Of a stretch of DNA of 64,000 bases, positions 61,701-64,000 are shown one piece after another. The DNA is taken from IMG/VR virus record IMGVR_UViG_3300027749_000089, positions 1 through 64,000 of that record. The stretch is one strand, 5' to 3'. Both the position numbers and the translations under genes were made by a program. The notes below the pieces were generated by a model, which saw nothing but the letters and a program-made list of their open reading frames with translations, did no database searches and was not told the DNA's origin. The stretch's first letter is position 1; every line of letters begins with the position of its first letter. Origin of the DNA: a virus.

Positions 61701-63905
61701 GACTTAGCTACATTTGTATTTAGCGCTGTATATAATAGTATCACATATCAAGCTACTTACACATATGCTAAATCTAAGAAAGGCGTTAGTACAGTATTAG
61801 TAGATATTAAATCTGATGCTGATGTTGTAGCTGCAACTAATTCGGGTAGTGTAACAACACTTCCTAGTGGAAATGCTATTGCAGTATATGAAGCAGGAGC
61901 ATTAGTTACAACAGGTATTACATATGCCGGTGGAGTTACTAAAAGTGGTCTTACATTAGCTATTGACGCAAGTGGAAATATTTCCTTAAATCAATCATTA
62001 GGACCATGGTCTAGTGATGCCGAATCGTTTACAATTACTACTACATATAAAGGTGTATCATATACTAATATTTATAGTATTGCAAAAGCTAAAGCAGGTG
62101 CTGAAGGTAAGAGTACATTTGCTGCTAAAATATATTCTCAAACTAATAGCACAGCCCCAACGGGCGGTAGTTATAATTTTAGTAATAAAACATTAACAGC
62201 ACCTGCTGGATGGTCTGCAACTCAGCCTGCATCAAGCACAAGCGCAACATATGCATGTGATTTTATTTTTGAAGCAACTAATTCAACAGCAAATATTACA
62301 GCAACAACGTGGTCTGCTCCGTATATATTTACTAAGAATGGTATTGATGGTAATCCAGGTGGACCAGGGGCTTCAGGCACATCTGTATATACAGCTACTG
62401 TATATGCACAGCAAACAAGCACCCCGTCAGCGCCAACAGGTGGTAGCTATAATTTTAATAATAGTACATTAACAGCGCCTTCTGGTTGGACTATAACTCA
62501 GCCTGCAACAACAACTACTCCGACATGGAGTTGTAATTATTTATTTAATACAACAACACCTACTACAGCTGTACCAGCTGGAACATGGGCAAATGTTAAA
62601 ATAGAAGCTCAAAAAGGTGCAGATGGTGTTAGTGTACAAGGAACTGCAGGTAAATCGGCAACACGTGCATTTACTGTGAAAAATATTGGTACTACACCTA
62701 CTATTTCTAATTATACCACTACTAATTCTGTACAGACAGTTCCATCATCTATTGATAGTACTTGGTATACTACAACACAAACAGTAGGTAATGGACAAGC
62801 TCAATGGCAAACAGATGGAATTATTGATGCTACAACAACTACATGGAGTGCTCCATACCTAACTGTATTCAAAGCCGATACATTAGAGGCATTTACTACC
62901 AACACAGGCAATTTATTTGCTACAGGTGATATTGTATTAAATACTAATAATAAGGCAGTTAAGTCTTCAGGTACTGCATTTGGTGGTAGTGGTTTTTATC
63001 TAGGATTGAATGCTAGTGGACAGGGCATATTTTCAGTAGGAAGCTCTACAACAGGTATTTCATGGAATGGTTCTGTGTTTACTATAACAGGCCCCGTTAT
63101 ACAAACTTCTAACTTTACTACAACAACAGCAAATGCTATTACTAATTCAAAAGTAACTTGGACAGACGTAAAAGGTAATGTAGTAACAGGCCTGCCTGAA
63201 GATGGTGCTAATAAAGTGACTACATATCGTCAAAGTACTGCTCCCACAGGCAAGGATAACGATTTATGGATTGATACAACAACTGCTGCATATCCTGTAA
63301 CGAAAACGTGGACCGGTAGTGCATGGGAAGTGGCAACAGGCTTTACAGCTACTCAAGGAAGTAAACTCACAAATATACAAGATGGCGCTACTGTCGGAGC
63401 TACGTGGGGGACTAATATTGCTAATGTAGATACAGCTTATATCAATGCTGAAGCAGTTACAGCCCTTCCTAAGCAAGGCTATATGCTTGCACAATCTCAG
63501 CAATTGGGCACTCAAACAAAAGTAACTAAATCTTTTACAGCGTTTACAGCACCTGCCGCTGGAAAATATCAAATATTTATAACGGCTATATTTCATAATG
63601 TTAGTACAGGAACTAATACGAGAGTACAATGTAGAAGTAGAGTAAATGATGTAGATACTCAAGATTTTTACCCAAGTTACTATGTAAATACAGGAAGTGG
63701 TGGTACACCAATAGACCCTTTTAATCAGTCGGGTATTGGGAATAGTACAACTGCTGGGTCTTCTGTTAAAGTAGATATGCGACAAGATGTATCAGTTACG
63801 CTTGGACAATCAGTTACAGTATCTATAGAAATGACAGCATGGGCAACTAATTCAAGTTTATTCTTCTTAGCTGCTTATTATACAGCTATTCTTTTTAAGA
63901 GATAA
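55716..63905 (+). CDS. Central tail-tip / host-specificity protein (lambda J-like) with long repeat extension
   Basis: VVYGRAKVGG, NPSYCLLDYL...GG, FN3-like segments and several families of ~80-100-aa T/S-rich repeats. Confidence 0.85.
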   Translation: MGLALAAVIIGAISLILSVVQMIMVKKPKGPDMSGVEARKGYEMVVEGKPDNLAVVYGRAKVGGVRTYHATSAVFEYVPSNADKSFVSGVEGNYSGSITEEVYSPLTGGKVTVLKSWESVINTQLDETLEGQRNEFLFFEQAICVGEINEIYDVIVDESKYLTDPSLGTYGKPQYSSTYDDNNSPEAYKWHDVTKPRAAFRIDLHYSSDFHQERSGGYGQANSIFTANFADRRTATFTGMTYAACVIRVDKDNPQFNQTPNLQFLIEGRKVYTIDKVNDTYSLSTIRTYKNNPSYCLLDYLMNETFGGKIPIDELDLESFYQSAQICDTVVFPNAIAGGRIWNPSEPGSRNGEDGNGKRNVRLYECNILIDTNKALRDNVEEILATMSDARLVWSRGQYRLLLQYTNTADDLLTVAATLTDEDLVLDQDIEITYPSASDRYNCCTIKFHNEANDFKEDAVNWPHKVVDNTLRGFSGIKYPLADFTWKDEGSGRRLLNKYGVWNSTTNQLNQANGYGLVYHLIVNPHNDGDDWTLKCYGDDIIEVRIYNVDEVTGVKELINGFPKTATYGHSMGIVENVHLPSWHWSGPNLDVRIDNGRYYRIEIDGGSIKSEKGVAAVIYNSTRILWSTREIAYQGVQRLDYTTAIYNQMKEEDNGLELDLETSFAGIVDYYHAISKAEELVKTSRTAYTIKFKYVIRNKYLEPGDYIILDSETLNIRSLANNVASEERHTYFRINSVKISEGNTCEVVAQRFHWTQLAWTAKDGEYIRPTNNYLTKIAAPSEVALFRDAYSQNTSGTLRWSDANEPDFLNYIIYMYEGGSVSGVGVPEFHEIGRSTINEFKLPKLSVSSAIFAVRTQSRTGFSNYAYTSTTEAEVFTTDTYGFLGLLLSNISNQLSWTAFSVYKNGAKVIDISAGSYTAEINYNKTLYIYFDTDLRFSYDINSFRNKQLLGTYVFGLVVQMQLSSVYAPTSINILGRTDTTFNTRDAEIVWSNKAEEPIQPSRYLVQISNIDNVTKKSYTVDTPSFKFTYDMNKELFVTASRIFKVRVYSIDALGNMTQGYIEATVENAAPSVTQFSVSPSFRTALAKATLVSDSDITKYVFKKFSEANPGGTAVIVETLNNYANIEATEGIDYWYTVTVHDEYGAGTESARVTTQSVSFSGTMNTGSIFIYTRSATTPSVPSVNVTYTFSTKAVTGLNNNWALTAPTGTDQLYMSMASALSSELTDTILPTEWSVPVKYEINAVNYRSAMVYAYQRSATVLTTNPGDVTYDFTSNAITTANLSNGWLKAIPSGSDPLYIITAIANSQTNTDTISANEWSTPVILAKDGAKGESGLNAAVFGINNASSTFNKNAAGVLNPATGIVLTTSYQNITGTITYQWQKNGTNISGATSSSYTVPTTDYASVTTNAYKCIITGTINGIASSLNDTITIPLLVDGSSSPVVVLSNDNITVPAPNTGYAGINFSSAGCSVQAYIGTNALAYSATGGANTFKVTLATTGVTVAANTNASIPAPTAMSADVAYTDVTVTIYDSSNTALTPIVQRITYSVSRTGNTGSAGDAVDIIFIRSASQPLVPTASTSTPTNWYSDVASVPASANALWSSVGIKSTGSTTYTWDTPSRIEGASVAEVTVYTRGVPTTTPTGGSYTFGAASPLTTVPTSTGATWSASIPTGTAAVYTSRAVVNTAAGNTSAVTITGWSIPVISLQNGVDAIIVDLLSESDITPANNDGTDYNLPPSNNLKLYSGGTVVTSGVTYSGGGAKNGLTASIDTAGVITFTGASWTTDSESFTFTATYNSVAYSAIYTYVKSKKGAAGVVIDLKSETDAVFAANDGTVSTLPSGNAVLVYEGGTLVTTGITYGVTAATLNGLTLSVNTSGIISLTQTTWTSDREVFNITVTYKSTTYNALYSIVKSKTGAKGADAVRADLLSESDVTPADSDGKNYSLPPANNLKLYVGAAVQTTGVTYSVSAAVSGLTAAIDTSGTITFSGTSWASDLATFVFSAVYNSITYQATYTYAKSKKGVSTVLVDIKSDADVVAATNSGSVTTLPSGNAIAVYEAGALVTTGITYAGGVTKSGLTLAIDASGNISLNQSLGPWSSDAESFTITTTYKGVSYTNIYSIAKAKAGAEGKSTFAAKIYSQTNSTAPTGGSYNFSNKTLTAPAGWSATQPASSTSATYACDFIFEATNSTANITATTWSAPYIFTKNGIDGNPGGPGASGTSVYTATVYAQQTSTPSAPTGGSYNFNNSTLTAPSGWTITQPATTTTPTWSCNYLFNTTTPTTAVPAGTWANVKIEAQKGADGVSVQGTAGKSATRAFTVKNIGTTPTISNYTTTNSVQTVPSSIDSTWYTTTQTVGNGQAQWQTDGIIDATTTTWSAPYLTVFKADTLEAFTTNTGNLFATGDIVLNTNNKAVKSSGTAFGGSGFYLGLNASGQGIFSVGSSTTGISWNGSVFTITGPVIQTSNFTTTTANAITNSKVTWTDVKGNVVTGLPEDGANKVTTYRQSTAPTGKDNDLWIDTTTAAYPVTKTWTGSAWEVATGFTATQGSKLTNIQDGATVGATWGTNIANVDTAYINAEAVTALPKQGYMLAQSQQLGTQTKVTKSFTAFTAPAAGKYQIFITAIFHNVSTGTNTRVQCRSRVNDVDTQDFYPSYYVNTGSGGTPIDPFNQSGIGNSTTAGSSVKVDMRQDVSVTLGQSVTVSIEMTAWATNSSLFFLAAYYTAILFKR

Positions 63906-63908
63906 TTT

Positions 63909-64000
63909 ATGTACTATATTAAAGTTAATACTATTGGCAAAATTGAAGAAGCTATGATTTCTTCGTCCTCAGAAGTTTTAGTAACCGATGACTATACTTT
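63909..64000 (+). CDS. Start of the next tail-region gene (truncated by window end)
   Basis: ATG 3 nt after the stop; frame open to the window end (MYYIKVNTIGKIEEAM...). Confidence 0.5.
   Translation, partial: MYYIKVNTIGKIEEAMISSSSEVLVTDDYT

Noticed and set aside
1-64000. Stop-codon reassignment, tRNA genes, integrase or introns
   Set aside because: Conserved genes are full length in the standard code with TAA, TAG and TGA all used as stops. No cloverleaf, integrase or split gene was recognised by eye; tRNAscan-SE and Infernal were not run.

Overview
This window is a 64-kb piece of an AT-rich tailed dsDNA phage genome with siphovirus-type morphogenesis genes. All credible genes are on the + strand, and no integrase or repressor is visible. 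Order: (i) replication and nucleotide metabolism: T7-type family A DNA polymerase (5'-truncated), 2OG-Fe(II) oxygenase, MazG-like protein, 5'-3' exonuclease, GIY-YIG nuclease, primase-helicase, NrdB, NrdA, ATP-dependent ligase; (ii) an accessory region (10.2-16.8 kb) with about 13 copies of one short domain, micro-proteins, two degenerate HNH proteins and a GC-rich structured island; (iii) terminase, then about 13 kb of fibre/adhesin and lysis genes before the portal; (iv) head genes; (v) tail genes, including a lambda G/GT-type -1 frameshift, a 3370-aa tape measure with a lytic transglycosylase domain and a ~2730-aa tail-tip protein. The stand-out feature is a 1545-aa protein in the minor-head-protein slot (34017-38654). 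It fuses an N-terminal MuF/SPP1-gp7 domain to a T7-family single-subunit RNA polymerase with catalytic motifs A, B and C intact, so it is a candidate virion-packaged, co-ejected RNAP. Five exact copies of a 19-bp motif (ACCCCGTTAAATTAACCCT) precede three transcription units and are its candidate promoters. A glycine-zipper gene lies directly upstream of the fusion; a Zn-ribbon micro-gene and a DUF2829/Tad2-like gene follow it. All assignments come from motif recognition by eye, with no database searches.
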